This document shows, piece by piece, positions 1 to 12,879 of a stretch of DNA of 64,000 nucleotides. The stretch comes from Eledone cirrhosa (taxonomy: Eukaryota). The translations under genes were made by a program, and so were the position numbers. Position 1 is the first letter of the stretch. Every line of letters starts with the position of its first letter. The stretch lies in assembly GCA_964016885.1 (NCBI GenBank), contig OZ024746.1, positions 46,500,001-46,564,000 on the forward strand, read 5' to 3'. The notes beneath the pieces were generated by a model. It was not told the origin of the DNA and did not search any database. It saw only the letters and a program-made list of their open reading frames with translations.

Positions 1-160
1 GCTCTCATTACTGTTACTGCTGCTGATGTTGACGCTGTCACTACCATCTTTACTAGGACAACTGCTACTATCATTGTTAACACTGCTGCTGCTGCTGCTG
101 CTACTACTACTACAGCTACTACTAGTACTAGTGCTATCAAGAAGGAGGAGGAGGAGAAGA
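1..160. repeat. Degenerate trinucleotide low-complexity tract (ACT/GCT/GAG)
   Basis: Runs such as gctgctgctgct, actactactac and gaggaggaggag are directly visible. Confidence 0.85.
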
Positions 161-606
161 AAAAATTTACGAAAGTCAAGGAGAATCTTTTAAGTACCAT
201 GCTAATATATACATATATATATTGGCAACATGACCATCCCCAAATATAACAATATATTTATATATATCTATGTGTAACCAACCAACGCATACTCAAATTT
301 ATATATATTATCATCATCGTCATTTTACGTCCGCTTTTCCTTGCTTGCATAGGTAAGTGATTGAATAATAGGGTGCGATTTGCGGATCTAGTACTTCACA
401 CACATATACACATCATTTAATGTCTGTTTTCTCTGCTAGCAACAGATGGATAATTCATCACAGACTGAATCAGTACTTAAGTAGATCTACTGACCTCTCA
501 GATGGTCCTAGAGCCTGCATTCCTCTTACATATGTCCTCACACACTACCAAGTACTCAGATGTTCTGGGTTCCTGCATCTCATTTACCAAGCGCATTTTA
601 TTATGT

Positions 607-765
607 GGAGGTGCATGGCCTAGTGGTAAGATGGGGGATTTAACCTTGTGATTGACTGACGTCCTGTCCAGGAGAAGTCTTGTAATATTAGTTGTTTCAC
701 ACCATGAAACCAGGATAAATACCAGCCTGAGAAGCCTTCTGGCTTGAGACAGACTTAGACTTTAG
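607..765 (+). mobile_element. Internally deleted tRNA-derived SINE (CORE-type family)
   Basis: A-box-like head ggaggtgcatggcctagtggtaag fused to a 3' body (aaccttgtgattgactgacgtcctgtccagg...gaaaccaggataa). A related inverted fragment lies at ~21388-21517. Confidence 0.55.
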
Positions 766-779
766 ATTTTATTTTGGCA

Positions 780-2148
780 CTGAAAGTAATGAGGTTGTCA
801 TGTATTTGATGAGTCCTCCCAACATTTTGTTTGGCAATTTTTCTACTGCTAGATGTCCACTGTACTTTAATCTATGAAATACTGTATCAGAGTCTGAGCA
901 TGTTATGTTTTCTCCATTATCTTGTCTGTTCCTGTGAGTTTTTAAGTTATATTGTTGTTTACAGTAAATGCAGTAAGATGGACTTAATTAGTATATGGCA
1001 ATTGGTTTCCTTCTACACGTATCATTGGTTCATCTATATCCCAAGTTTGTTGATGGTGTTATATTTTGTTTAGTTAGACTGAATGAGATTGTGTAGTATA
1101 TATAGGGATATATTTTCATTGTATTCTATGTATGCTGAGTGATAATTTGCCAGCCAGTATATTTCTTTTTTGTTTTTCTTTTTCTTAAGGAGTTATTTTA
1201 TTCATGAATGAGTTTAGGGGAATGATTTCTTAAAGGAGATGATGGCATGAGTGATAATTAGAAATGTAACCACTGAAGTTCTCTTTGTTAAAGCTATCAT
1301 ACATTCTTTTTATGAAAATGTTTAATGTAATGGTAGATGAATATAATTGTTTGATTACAAATTTTGATTTGGAAAGAATAATGAATGTCTTTTGGGTGAC
1401 AAGGTTATGTATATATCTCAGAAATTTCAGAACTTATATGAGAAGTATATGTATCTATGTAACTCTCTTTCAATTTGAATTTTTTTTCAAGATTTTAGAA
1501 TGATTATTCGCATTAGTTTCCATAGTGTGAGGCTGTGGCAATGTTTAAGATGCTGGTTAGTGCAAAATTGCTTTCAAACAAAGTGATTTATGTGTATGTT
1601 TGTATTTTCAGTTAGCTCTGAGTTATAAGTTTTTTTTTTCACTCCTTATAGCTTTCGTAATGACTGATGCAAGGAAACTGTTAAGATCTAGGAGGAAGAT
1701 TCACATTCTATGTTTCGTTTCTGTTTTCTGTTTTCTTTGAATGTTTTCTGGTTATGTATTTTGAGAAAAAGTATTTGATAAGAGAGTTTACTTGCTGCTG
1801 AGGTATTGGTTTATTATTTGAAGTTGTCATTATGGCATATGTGATGTGGTGCATCCATTATTTGAGTTATTGTTCCTAGTAGTTACATTAAAGGTATTTC
1901 ACTACTTGTTCTCATTGTTTATCTTGGATGAAAATGCTTGCATTTTCTTCTTTTTGATTTATTTTCTTCGTCATTTCCTTATTTAGTTTCTGGATGTGAA
2001 TTTTGTTTATTGTATTGTGTGTGGTATATGTGAGTTAGATTTACAGTTTCCCTAGATTATATAAGGTTGACTAGTTTATTTGTATAGTTATAATTGTATT
2101 TTCATCTTGGCTATTGGGATATTTATTTTTCTTCTAGAAAAGTTTTGC

Positions 2149-2150
<2 letters not shown>
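780..2150 (-). mobile_element. Highly decayed retroelement coding remnant, possibly Penelope-like
   Basis: T-rich plus strand (A-rich minus). Only fragmentary peptide hints on minus (NYHSCH..IP, CKQQY). Adjacent to the hammerhead relic. No ORF survives. Confidence 0.25.
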
Positions 2151-2186
<36 letters not shown>

Positions 2187-2397
2187 TTAATTATCTTTGT
2201 AAACTGCCGATATTGTATTTTAATTTTAATTTTGTTTTAATTTTCTTTTAATATGATTTTAATTTTTGAATGTAAATTGCCATGCTAAAATATAATAATG
2301 GATGTCACCCCACTGTGCATCGATATATACATATGTTTCTGTATGTCTCTTGTGTTGGAAAGGAGGTCATGTATGTAAACAATCATATTGAAAAATT

Positions 2398-2449
2398 GCT
2401 CCGAAGACTCCAAACCTTGGTTTGGACAAAACAATTGTAAGCTAATAAA
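2398..2449 (+). ncRNA. Degenerate minimal type I hammerhead ribozyme followed by AATAAA (Penelope-like terminal repeat relic)
   Basis: GCT-CCGAAGA-c-TCCAAACC-tt-GGTTTGGA-c-AAAAC-aatt-GTA-AGC-t-AATAAA. Perfect 8-bp stem II, palindromic ACAATTGT stem III, two core substitutions (U4C, G12A). Confidence 0.65.
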
Positions 2450-4077
2450 TGGTTTGAACAGAACTTTGATTCATGTGATTTCTCTCTCTCTATATATACG
2501 TGTGTGTGTGTGTGTGTGTGTGTGTACATATATATACTGTCAAATTCTATTTCTTTTATAGAAATCCATGCAATAATTTTTCTTTTTGACAGTTTAAAAA
2601 CTGTTTGTTTTGTTCAATGTAGTATGAATGGGTGTTGATCATAAGTATTAGGTCAAATAAATTGCATCCCATGTGGTATATAGAGTAGAGAGTGATTGTA
2701 GGTTAAGAGTTATTGTAGTGCATTTTGGGATGCATGAAATGTTTAGTATGTGAAGAAAATGTAATGCCATTGTGATGCCATTTCCTTCCTTGAATATTCA
2801 GGTGACATTTCAATTTTAGTAATGTTGTTTTGTTGCCATGATTCATGATTCATGCCATGTGTTGTTTTGTGGTTTTTGTTGCTTCTGATTTGTTGTGAAG
2901 AAACTGAGAACCAATGTAGGGCTGGCAAACTCCCTGATGCATACTGTTTGTTATTTCAACTGACCAAACATACTACCTCTCCATGCTGGAAAGTTGTTTG
3001 CACACTGCAGTGTCTAGTCTATGTTTTTTGTCTTGTTAGATTCTGCAAGACTTGAACCGGTTTCATTTTGCATAATTCTATCTTGAATACTTGCATTTTT
3101 CTTCTGCTTTGCCATAGTTTTTTTTATTTTCAAATATCATTTCTCACATCTATGTACAGGTTATAAAATTTATATCAATTATTATCATTTGCCCTGCCTT
3201 GTTTTTTTTTTACATTATTGATTTGAGATTTAATTTCATATGATATGTTGAAATGTTTGGTTCCATAAAAGTGTTGTTTACATCATTTGCATTGTTCATG
3301 TTTCTTCGCTTATTCAATTCAATCAACTATGCCTCTTTTCTGTGTATATATCTGGTATTGTTTCAATTTGAAACATCATAATTCATCATGTTCAGAGTTC
3401 AAATCTTGCAGAGGTTGGTTTGGCTTCCCTGCTGTTTATGATATAAGAGCCTGTAATTTACTAGGAAAAATGGTCAACTTTTTTCGACATGTTTGCTGGT
3501 TTCTTCCATTTTGAGATTTTGCATTTCTTTACATTCAAAGTTCAGATTCGGATGGGGTTGATTTTGTATTTCAGCCTTCTGCGTACTTTACAAACTGAAG
3601 CTCCAGTAAAGTCCTAGGGTCGACTTAAGCAGCTGTTCTCTCCCAGTGCATGTGTATCATTGTGTTTATGTTTGGTATCAGTTTTGTATAGTATATTGCT
3701 TATCAAAATCTTATTAGTGCCAAATTAAAAGAGGAATCTTCTTTATTCCTATACAGCTATATTTTGTCATCATGAAAAACACTCTCCATTCTTCTTTTTT
3801 TCCTTTTTCAATCTTTCAAATTGAAACCTAACACCATGAAATATATATGTGACGTCATGGATTTTCTTATTTCAAATGTTGCCAAGAATATAATTATAGC
3901 TAACTATATCTGAGAAGTAGAAATTGTAACTGAAGATGGTTTAAAATAGTGTCAAAATAGCCATGTCATATGTTATAGGTGATAAGATAAGTTCATGGCT
4001 CTAATACCTTTTGATTGAAATTTGATATAAGTAAAATGACTGGAAAAGCAGTATATTAATATGTATGTATATATATA

Positions 4078-4300
4078 TGATCATCATCATCATCATTGTC
4101 ATCTATTTATGGGTCTTTTTCAGCTCAGCATCCCTCCTTATTTGTGAGTTTCAGCGATATGAGATCAGCTCTCACTACTTCCACCCAGGCCTTCCTCTAC
4201 TGTGGTTACTTCCACTGGGATTTCTTAGCACTTCCACTGGGATTTCCCAGCGACCATCATCCATACTCATCCATCACATGTCCATACCACCTATCTTGGC
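4078..4300 (-). mobile_element. RTE-clade LINE 3' relic
   Basis: Minus-strand peptides RWYGHVM and RKAWVEVVRADLISLKLT match the RTE C-terminus seen at 26260-26410. (GAT)n tail at 4078-4096. Confidence 0.65.
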
Positions 4301-4324
4301 CACATAAGTCTAATTCCCTTTATA

Positions 4325-4356
4325 ACACGCTCACGCACACACACAACACGCACGCC

Positions 4357-4423
<67 letters not shown>

Positions 4424-4580
4424 AAATATACAACAAGCTTCTGCAGTTTCCATTTCCAAGGAATTGATCTATCTGATGTTATAGTAAAAGACACTACTTA
4501 CCCAAGATACCAGACAGCAGGAATTAAACAGGAACCATATAGTTGCAAAGTGAACTCTTTAACCCCTTAGCTATGTCTAT
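4325..4580 (-). mobile_element. Old OR1-like SINE remnant including its (CA)n tract
   Basis: (CA)n at ~4359-4421 followed by degenerate SINE body (atagtaaaagacact...cccaag). A related plus-strand piece precedes the (TG)n at 55200-55283. Confidence 0.45.
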
Positions 4581-5040
4581 CCCTATATGAGAAATATTGT
4601 ATGTATATATGTGAGTGTAGGATGGGTGAATTTTTTGCTGATGTTTATCATCATCATAATGAAAACTTGTAACCAACAACTCTATTGTTCACAAACAGCT
4701 ATATAAAAAGGTTTGAAAACAACTAAATGCATTGCATTCCCTCTATAATTAAACAGAAATATTGTAGGACTTAAAAGTACTGGTAAACCTTCACTTCTTG
4801 TACTTATATCATTTGTTTTTCTAATTTCTTGACATTATTTTCTTGGAAAAACAAAAATAAATAGGGAAACGCTCTAATTTTATATTACCAGCTTTCCAAT
4901 CTTGTTCTATCACATTCTTAATGACCCACCACTATTAGTATCACCTACTCTATCATTTTGGGCATCCTTTAAAAGTTTAGTATTGCCAGTTTTAATTCTT
5001 ATCAAATGGCTCACATTGATGGAATTATTTTGTTGTTTCC

Positions 5041-5042
<2 letters not shown>

Positions 5043-5109
<67 letters not shown>
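5043..5109. repeat. (GA)n microsatellite
   Basis: Perfect dinucleotide run. Confidence 0.98.
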
Positions 5110-5112
<3 letters not shown>

Positions 5113-5349
5113 TCTACTTTTACTACTTAAGGTTACTGTTAACTTTTATTCTTCTGTAGCCATCATGACTGCTAATTTACTTTGTTTTCTCTTCATTTCT
5201 GACAAGCCTATTCCTGGCTTCATTTTATTTGTGAAGAATAGAAGTTTAATGTAGTGGAGTAATCTGAAAGCTTTCCTTACAGAAATTAGCTTAGTAATTC
5301 CAGAAGATACATTTTTTTTACTTTGAGAATACTATTCTGCTCATCTTAA

Positions 5350-5960
5350 GTTGCTGATAGTGGCAGCTAAGATGGATGTGTTTTATTGAGTTGGAAGAAG
5401 AGATTGTTGTTTTCATTGTGAAGAAATGTTGCTGAACAATTATTATGGATATAGCAGAGTGAGAAGACCCAGGAAGACTTGAGAAGAAGTTATAAAAGCT
5501 GACCATGTCCAATTACATCTCTCAAAGGTGATGACACAGGACCGAGATCTCTGATGTTATTCAGAAATACAAAAGAAACACCTTCTCATGAGCATAGGTT
5601 GAAGCATATATATATAGTATACATCACTTCATCTCCACCCCACCTCACTCTTCCATACACCACCCATGAGAACAAGCTCTACTCCACCCCCTTCCACTTA
5701 CCTTCCATGTCCTAACACTGCCCCTCACATGTGTCCAAATACCACCCCCACCCACCCATCTCCACAGACCTCTCCCACCAAAGTCCGTAGGCGACACTGT
5801 AAAGTGTTCATGATGGCAACACAACAAAAAATACCCTGCCTCCAACGTAAAATGGTTGAGTAAGTGTTACGATAAAAAGCACTGTAAATATGGTTCTGTA
5901 TGAGCAAGACATAGACACCTGACCAGAAATTCTCCAAACAGGATAACTCGTTAACTAGAA
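5350..5960 (+). mobile_element. Decayed RTE-clade LINE 3' end (ORF C-terminus plus 3' UTR)
   Basis: RRPRKT*EEVIKADHVQLHLSKVMTQDRDL aligns to GRPKKTWDEVIKADLTQLHLSKAMTHNRDL of the 23721-26793 element. A C-rich UTR and ctgtatgagcaag motif follow. Confidence 0.8.
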
Positions 5961-5974
5961 AGCAATAATATAAG

Positions 5975-6735
5975 CAGAACAGTCTACATGAAAAATACTG
6001 AAGGGCATTGATATAAAAAATCATTCAAGTGGCTAAATAATAGCGATTTGAAGAGAGACATGGGGATTTTTGCCACAGCCATGCAAGATCAGACAATTAG
6101 AACAAGATATATCAGAAAGAATATAGATAAAGAAGATTCCTCAGCTGCATGTAGAATATGTGGTGTGGTGAAAGAGAAGAGATGGTGGTGTATGTGGGCT
6201 CTAAATGTAAGATGCTTGCTCAAAATTACTATAAGAATTGGGGACGTGATAAAGTTGCCCTAATCTTACGTTGGCAGATGTGGAAAATGTTTTAATTTAA
6301 CATGTGAAGAAGTGAAGAATTTAACCTATACGGAAGTGGTATTATAACAAACCATACTGTGTTCATGTAAGACTATTATGACACATGGCAATTCGAATAG
6401 ATAAACATATGGAGCGTTGACAACCAGATATTAGTATACTCAATAAAGACAAAAGTGTGTGTTGACTAATCAATGCTGCTTAGCCATTTAGTATCACGGC
6501 TGGAGAAAAGACTGCAAGAAAATAGAAAATTACCAAAATCTAAAATAGAAAATACAAAGAATCTGGAATTGCAGTAAAGCTATTATACCAATTGTATTAG
6601 GAACCATAAGGATAATGGCTAGAAGTTTGAATGGTTGTTTGAAGATATTGAATACTGAGGTGTATTTCCTGACACTACAGAAGGCATGCTTGCTTGGCAC
6701 AACAAGAATCATATGAAAGATGCTAGATCCCTGAA
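5975..6735 (+). mobile_element. R4/Dong-like non-LTR retrotransposon relic (zinc knuckle plus restriction-like endonuclease)
   Basis: Across stops and frameshifts: KWLNNSDLKR..AMQDQTIRTRYIRKNIDK..CRICG..KWYYNKP..QPDISILNK..KIQRIWNC..IIPIVLG..LQKACLLGTTRII. These are typical R4/Dong C-terminal motifs. Confidence 0.85.
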
Positions 6736-7174
6736 GCTACAGGAGACAGCTCGATATCTTGCAATCCAAATGACAGCGGAAGAACAGTGAATGATAAAAG
6801 AAACCACCATGGGGTGCAGATGTTTTAGAATAAATATAAATCATCATCTTCTATGAATACCCTTACAAGAGATAACCCAAATAATAAACAATGGAAATAC
6901 ACCTGGAACTGATAAATGCCAAACTTGTGGCTAAAATATCGGACAAAAGACAGTAAACTACTTGAAAATAAATTTGACGATTTACAAAAAGAGATAGATA
7001 TCATATCTGCTCTATAGATAGACTGAAAAAAAATATGAAGAAAAAAAAATGTAAAGAAAGAAGAGAAAAGAGAAAAGGAAATATGAAAGAAGAAAATACT
7101 AAAATAAACAAGAAAAGGATGAAAATATGAAGACAGTTATTATTATTATTGTTGTTGTTGAAGTTTTGGTTATT

Positions 7175-7372
7175 AATGGTGGCATATAGTTATGGCTTTT
7201 TATGTTCTGAGATCAAATCCCGCTAAGGTTAGCTTTACCTTTCATCCTTAGGTGGTTGGTAAAATAAAGCACCAGTAATGCACTGGAATCGATTTAATCG
7301 ACTTTTCCCTCCCCAAAGAATTGCTGACCTTCTGCTTATAACAGAAATCATCATTATTATTATTATTATTAT
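7175..7372 (+). mobile_element. OK-type SINE, older long variant
   Basis: Same body as the young copies plus an extra ~30-bp segment (aatcgatttaatcgacttttccctcccc). (ATT)n tail. Confidence 0.8.
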
Positions 7373-7375
7373 TAA

Positions 7376-7571
7376 GGGCGGTGGATTGGCAGTGTTCGTA
7401 GAGGGTCTAACGCCATGCTTTGCAGCAAAGAGTTACGGCCCTTTATGGTCTGAGTTCAAATCCCGCCGAGGTTAACTTTGCCTTTCACCCTTACAGGGTG
7501 GATAAAATAAAGTACCAGTAATACACTGGTTAATTGCTGGCCTTGTGCCAAAAGTAGAAACAATTATTATT
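7376..7571 (+). mobile_element. OK-type tRNA-derived SINE, full length
   Basis: Head gggcggtggattggcag, B-box gagttcaaatcc, body tttgcctttca..gataaaataaagtaccagtaat, tail ggccttgtgccaaaagtagaaacaattatt. Confidence 0.92.
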
Positions 7572-9322
7572 CACAAAATCATAATTCACCCTCAGCTGCT
7601 TACGAGATGGCTCAAAAGAAAATCACCATATATTGGTAAACCTAGACAGATATTCCATTTTCTAATGATAAATAAAATCCTGAGATATACATACTTTCTT
7701 CTCAAGATAGGCTGCTGAGGATAACATACCAAAAACAAAAAAGACACATTGTAAAGGAAATATATAATTCTGTTCATAAACAAACAAATTATTGAAGATA
7801 GGAAATCAAAAACTGAATCTATCTCTCTTTTTGATGATTATATATATATATATATATATAATCATCAAAAAACCTTTGACAATTACCATACTTTTGGATA
7901 TTGGATAAAGATTATACATTAACAAAGCAGAACCAATATTAAGACAGAATATTAAACCATACTCTGCAAAAACAGAAAGACAAAAGAAAAATATTCATGC
8001 TGTGAATTGTGAAATTTCTTGCAATAAATGACTGCAGAAATATTTTTATTTTGGACTCAAATCACTCTTGTTGGAGATAGGTCAAGAATATTATTATGAA
8101 TAAGTTCAGAGATTGACCAAACAACGGGATATTTTCTACAATTCCTTTATCTACTTGAAACAGTAGCTGAATATCCTTCAAATCTCACCCAACTGTTTAT
8201 AGAAAGGAAAGATATCTTGTATAATGTAGTTCTAGATCATGAGTGAAACCAAGAACTGAGATGGCTGGAATGTCTTCAATCAAATGTTTGCTTTATCTTG
8301 AATGTTTTTGGCTAAAATACTACTACAGAACACCGAATTACACCATAGTACACTTAAAAATAACCTTTGTTTAAGAGTACTTCAAATCAGCAAAGTTAGT
8401 TCACTTTTAATAACAAAAAAAGTTATTTTAGGAAAACTAGAGTGAAGAGTAAAATAATGTGTTTACCCAGTTTAACACCTGGTCTGAGCAATCTATGCCT
8501 TTACTGATGACCACTGTTGCAAGCAAAAGAGTTGCATGAATAAGTGAATGTGTGGTTTGAAAAGATAGAAAGTAGATATTGTTGGCAAGAGTAGAAGTAT
8601 TTGCTGATGGTAAAATACAAACAAGTCACTGGATTTCAATTATAAGGATGTCTCTGTAAATATATGGCTACTCTTGAGTTGAATTTCTCTTGAATGAAGC
8701 ACTGATTCCCAAGATATCTAAAGAAACCTGTGCCAAAATAGTTTTGCCCTGTTCATTGAGGAATTTAGTTAGGCTCAAGTAGTTATGATATAATAAAAAA
8801 TAGAAACACTTTTAAATTGAGTGTCGAAAATATGCAAAGTTTGCTCTTATGAGAAAAAGAAAATGAATGAGGAATACTGTAAGATTGAAGTTAATTTTAG
8901 AAATAATTAAATCTATAGAACCAACATTGGTTTCTGTCTGCCTATCCCATAGTTCAGCTCGTAAAATAACACAAGCTCCTGCCAGCACTTGTATACCCAA
9001 TGTACAAGTAATTCTAGCTTTAGCACAATACCTGACATTCAGAAGGAAGGCAAATAAACCAGTGAATCCAACTCAGAATATTAAAGGTAGATATTTTGTG
9101 CAGAAAAGGACCCTTCCAACCCATGCAAGCATGGAAAAACATACATAAAAACAATGGTGATGATGATTTTATCAACCCCCTCCTGATATTTGAATTCTGA
9201 GTATAAGGATAAGCATCTAAATACTGTAGAGTACAATTAGAAAAATGATAATAGTGCATATTACTTCCTATGAATTGTAATAATATAAGTACAAATAAAA
9301 TAAATGACATCTATAAATAAAA

Positions 9323-9514
9323 TAATTGTTTCTACTTTTGGCACAAGGCCAGCAATTATCCCAGTTCATTACTGGTACTTTATTTTATCGACCTCATAAG
9401 GATGAAAGGCAAAGTTAACCTCAGCGGGATTTGAACTCAGATCGTAAAGGCCCGTAACTCCATGCTGCAAAGCGTGGTGTCCAACCCTCTACCGATACTG
9501 CCAATCCACCGCCC
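9323..9514 (-). mobile_element. OK-type SINE, full length
   Basis: Reverse complement of the family. Flanked by the direct repeat tataaataaaataat. Confidence 0.92.
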
Positions 9515-9527
9515 TTTATAAATAAAA

Positions 9528-9655
9528 TAATTGTTTCTACTTTAGGCACAAGGCCAGCAATCACCCAGTGCATTACTGGTACTTTATTTTATCGACCCCA
9601 TAAGGATGAAAGGCAAAGTCAACCTCGGCGGGATTTGAACTCAGGGATTTGAACT
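9528..9655 (-). mobile_element. OK-type SINE, 5'-truncated
   Basis: Tail and body to the B-box, with a duplicated gggatttgaact at the 5' junction. Same 15-bp flanking repeat. Confidence 0.9.
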
Positions 9656-9849
9656 TTATAAATAAAATAATGAGACTTGATTTCGCATAATTAAATATGA
9701 TTAATTGATCTAGTACTTGGAAATAGAATTATTGTTTAATTGCATAATAATAGAAGCTGAAATCAAATTACATCTTCTGTGACACAATGAAAATGGGGAT
9801 GGTTTCAATAGAATAAGTGCTCTATTTGTTACCCATTATCACCAGATTA

Positions 9850-10039
9850 GGGCGGTGGATTGTCAGTATTGGTGAAGGGTCGGACGCCATGCTTTCCAGC
9901 ATAGTTACATCCCTTTACGATCTGAGTTCAAATCCCGCCGAGGTTGACTTTGCCTTTCATCCTTACGGGGTCGATAAAATAAAGTACCAGTAATGCACTG
10001 GGTAATTGCTGACCTTGTGCCTAAAGTAGAAACAATTAT
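9850..10039 (+). mobile_element. OK-type SINE, full length with TSD
   Basis: TSD attatcaccagat at 9835-9847 and 10035-10047. Confidence 0.95.
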
Positions 10040-12607
10040 CACCAGATAAGATTCATTTCAAACTTCGACTAAATTTTGACAAAAGGAAAGAATGAGAAAA
10101 CAAATATTTGAATAAGTTGTCTACTTTAATGAAGTCTTTTAAACACAATAAGTTTCTCATATACTCTATATGAATTGCCATGACTGTCATTATTTGTATA
10201 GTAAATAAAATAGTGTGGATGTCTGCAAAGCCTTTAATATGATATAAGGACAGCGATTAGCTATGGCTTTTGGATATAATTTAAATTAAGTTAAGAGATA
10301 TATTCCACTTCCAGTTGATGTTATTTATCCCTGATTACCTTCCCAGAAAACATTTCGGATCATGGACCAAAATAAGTGGATTTGCCATATTTGTGTCAAT
10401 TCTGTAATGATAATAGTATAATGAGAGTAAATTTACATTTTTGGTGCTTGTATCATGGCTTTAAAACTCATGAGAATTTTAAAAGAATTTAAAAAGTGGA
10501 TACACTTTTGAGGGATACCTACATTTATATGTACTAAGCATGTGAGAAGTAAGTTTTATAACCAAAATCAGACTTCAGTGCCTAATAGGATTTTTACCCT
10601 TCTTCAAGTTATCATTTCAGTTTACATTACGCTTAGAAATGTAAGTGCTATGCTATACTGCATTGACATAAATGTAATATTACTGGGCCCTTTTGTGACA
10701 TCGTTCACATGTAGGTATTTTGACTGCATATTTTAAATCTTTAATCGATTTTATTGTAATTCAGCATAATCTAAAATCCAATTCCCCAATATATATGCTA
10801 AAGAAAACATTTATATGTAAATAGCCTGTTTAAAAATATAGTCAATATGTATTTATCAAAATCATTACTTTTTGATATTTGTGAATTAAAAATGATGATC
10901 TATACAAAAAACATCATAAATTATTAAAGTCATGCTATGATAGAAAGACACTTTCAACTAAAATTTAAAATTGAATTTAGTAGAACACGTTAATACAAAT
11001 CATTCGTAATAAGTCAATTGATTTCTTAGCAATGACAAATACGATCGTTTGACTTTTACATTATTCTCAAATGTATTAATAACTATTTTCATCTTGATGA
11101 AAACTATTTTGATACTTATGATTTTCATGTGAAGATTTACATGTGCCATATTCCTCATTTTATATTAATTCCAACCAAATCTTCCTAGAATTGCAACTAA
11201 GTTGTTTTCTGCTTGAGTATTTTAGAATGAGACATCAATTAACTTAACAGCACTGAATTTTTAATTCAAAGAAAGGGAATTGACTTCAGCTAAGTCTAAA
11301 AACCGTTGTAGATTTTACTAATCTGTATATAATACTGGTAATAAATTTTTTATACCATTCTCAGAATAACAAGTAAGGGAATAAATATACCATGGTCAAA
11401 TCCATTTCCTTTTTGTTGCATACTATAAGAAATGATTACTCCAAGAATAGTGGAAAATTTGACGAATAGAAACAAAATTAAACTCTAGAAGTATTTGAGT
11501 TGATAAGAATATAATATAATGTTTACAGAAGGAAAACACAAACACATATGATATAGACAAATATAAACGCATAAAAGAGAGATAAAAAACCAAAAAAAAA
11601 ACAAAAAGGTGGGGGCAATTCACAACCAACTGCAACAATCAGCCACACATCACATCTTAGGGGTTAACTAAATGAAGCAAGTCAATATGATTGCAGCATT
11701 GCCATGGCTGATGGCGAGGCTAAGAGGCTGAAACAACCAAACACGCTCATGGGCATCACCTGAGAGTACTTTGCTCAAACTAACTATTATAGCTTCAAAT
11801 ATCAGGAAAATATGTTTTTGCGAAATATATGTGTTTATTTCTCAAATGGTCATTTTTTTTTGTACAATTTCCTCTTTGGTTTTGTATAATCTATTGCTCA
11901 TGTAGCATTTAAAATGTATACTTGATAGCAAAATAAGTTGTTTAAAAAGAAAATGTCTAGAAAAAAAACAACAAAATTCAATAAATATCTTACAAAATAA
12001 ATCTGGACATCTTTTATTCAAATGTGTTAAAACTCTGACATATTTAAAGTTCTAACAATTAGTCTAGTGTCATCACTGGGCCTTTCCTGGGATTGAGGTT
12101 ATGCATGAGTATTACAATTATGCCAACATTTCTTTTCAGTTTATGCTATTGGATAAATTACACCTTGCCCTTCTGCAACGCTACTTTGACATGTATATTC
12201 TGCAATTTCACCTGTCAAGAGATTCTGAACCTGTATTTCGGAGTTATGATTATTTGTTTGTGAGTCTATTCAATAAAATATTTGTTATTTGTTAATGTTA
12301 GCAGATCACAGTCTCAGTGATATCCTCCTCATTGGACACAATTTGTTTCTAATATTTTAATGAAGTCCATTTTTAACCTTTTATCATTATTTGTAGTTCT
12401 TTTTCCTACCCGCAGTAAAAACTGCTTCAATTTAATATCATGTCAGTGAAGAGTCTTCAAATATCTCTTAGACTTTCCACTGACATGAAATTACATTCAA
12501 GCAAGATTGTAGTTTGTCTGTATATCAAGTATATTGTTTGACAAAATTTCTGTGCAGAAGCAGCTTTTCTCTGAAGTACTTACTGTTCCTCATTATGATT
12601 TTCTGAT

Positions 12608-12794
12608 CGGTGGATTGGCAGTATCGGTAGAAGGTCGGATACCATGTTTTCCAGCATAGTTACGTCCCTTTACGATCTGAGTTCAAATCCCGCCGAGGTT
12701 GACTTTGCCTTTCATCCTTACGGGGTCAATAAAATAAAGTACCAGTAATGCACTGGGTAATTGCTGGCCTTGTGCCTAGAGTAGAAACAATTAT
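12608..12794 (+). mobile_element. OK-type SINE with TSD
   Basis: TSD attatgattttctgat at 12592-12607 and 12790-12805. Confidence 0.95.
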
Positions 12795-12879
12795 GATTTT
12801 CTGATGACAACATGTTTTATTTTATGAGAATATTCTGAGGTAATTTGTCAGTTATGCTTATGTTTGAAGAAACAGTTTC

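Noticed and set aside
8812-9148. Overlapping 62-93 aa ORFs
   Set aside because: No recognisable domain or consistent splice pair. The 3' part runs into an RTE-type tail
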